A stretch of 64,000 nucleotides of DNA from Orbicella franksi (lineage: Eukaryota), in the NCBI GenBank assembly GCA_964199315.1, contig OZ116698.1, positions 6,758,001 through 6,822,000 on the forward strand, written 5' to 3'. A program made the translations under genes and the position numbers. Positions 63,385 through 64,000 of this stretch are shown here, piece after piece. The notes beneath the pieces were generated by a model. That model was given only the letters and a program-made list of their open reading frames with translations. It was not told the DNA's origin and searched no databases. Each line of letters starts with the position of its first letter. Position 1 is the stretch's first letter.

Positions 63385-63844
63385 TACTGTAAACTTGCAA
63401 AGGTATTAACCCTTGCTACTTTGGGAATTAGCAGCCTTTGGGGCTCTTTACTTTTGGGAGGTCGTTACTTTCAAGGGGTTGTTACTTTATGGGAGCAAAA
63501 CACGTTATATAAAATTGATACAACTGAGCTGACTTTTTACCATATAAAAGACAGAAATTCGTAAAAACAGCTCATAAAATATGAGATACAATTCTTTGTT
63601 CCAGTTTAAATCTATGTTGCCGCCACATGGGTGGGCTCTTTATGTCTAGACCATATTATTGTCAGTGGTCAACAGGAAAGCAAGTCAGATACCGTTGACC
63701 ATTGAACCTTGGTCTCACTGTTTTCAGGGAGGGAGGTAGGGGTGGGCTTGCTACTTTCAGAGGGCGACCGCAATTTTTTGAGGCTACTTTTGGGGTGTCG
63801 CTATTTTTTTGGGGACGGGTCATTACTTTCAGAAGTTTATGGTA
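63385..63844. mobile_element. pogo/Tigger-like MITE with internal TACTTT(C)GGGG-type repeats
   Basis: TACTGTAAACTT at the left vs AAGTTTATGGTA at the right (TA ends). Repeated TACTTT+G-run motifs near both ends. Confidence 0.6.
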
Positions 63845-64000
63845 TTGTAGAATCACAATGTACATTAATTGAAGTGAAGATAAATAAAGGGATATAATCA
63901 TCAATAAGAATTAATAATGAACCAATGAATCATTAACAAATTATTAACGCCCAAGTCGCTTGTGGAGGGAAGGTGCCTACGAAGCCCGGGGGCTGCAACT

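Overview
Eukaryotic, AT-rich, intron-containing animal DNA. The repeat families and gene content look like a scleractinian coral or related cnidarian (inferred from recall, not a database search). There are no prokaryotic features: no operons, rRNA or CRISPR. Genes I could build by hand with phase-consistent GT-AG junctions: (1) the terminal exon of an unidentified gene at the left edge; (2) two divergently transcribed, two-exon BMP/GDF-type TGF-beta ligand genes (5909-7274 minus, 13999-15209 plus) that share an intron position and both lack the inter-chain dimerisation cysteine; (3) an LMO4 orthologue with a proximal first exon, an apparent distal promoter about 15 kb upstream and a 2-codon last exon; (4) a decayed class A GPCR pseudogene near 44 kb; (5) a 10-exon, about 897-aa protein with an N-terminal DED-like domain, an unassigned folded domain, a long disordered linker with tandem PPxY motifs and C-terminal ankyrin repeats; (6) the first coding exons of a WD40 gene, head-to-head with (5). 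Intergenic DNA carries many MITEs with readable TIRs/TSDs, tRNA-derived repeats and microsatellites. The strongest candidate for an undescribed system is the head-to-head pair of cysteine-less BMP-like ligands. One of them naturally carries Pro at the position equivalent to the receptor-deficient BMP2 L51P variant, suggesting a non-covalent heterodimer or decoy/modulator module.
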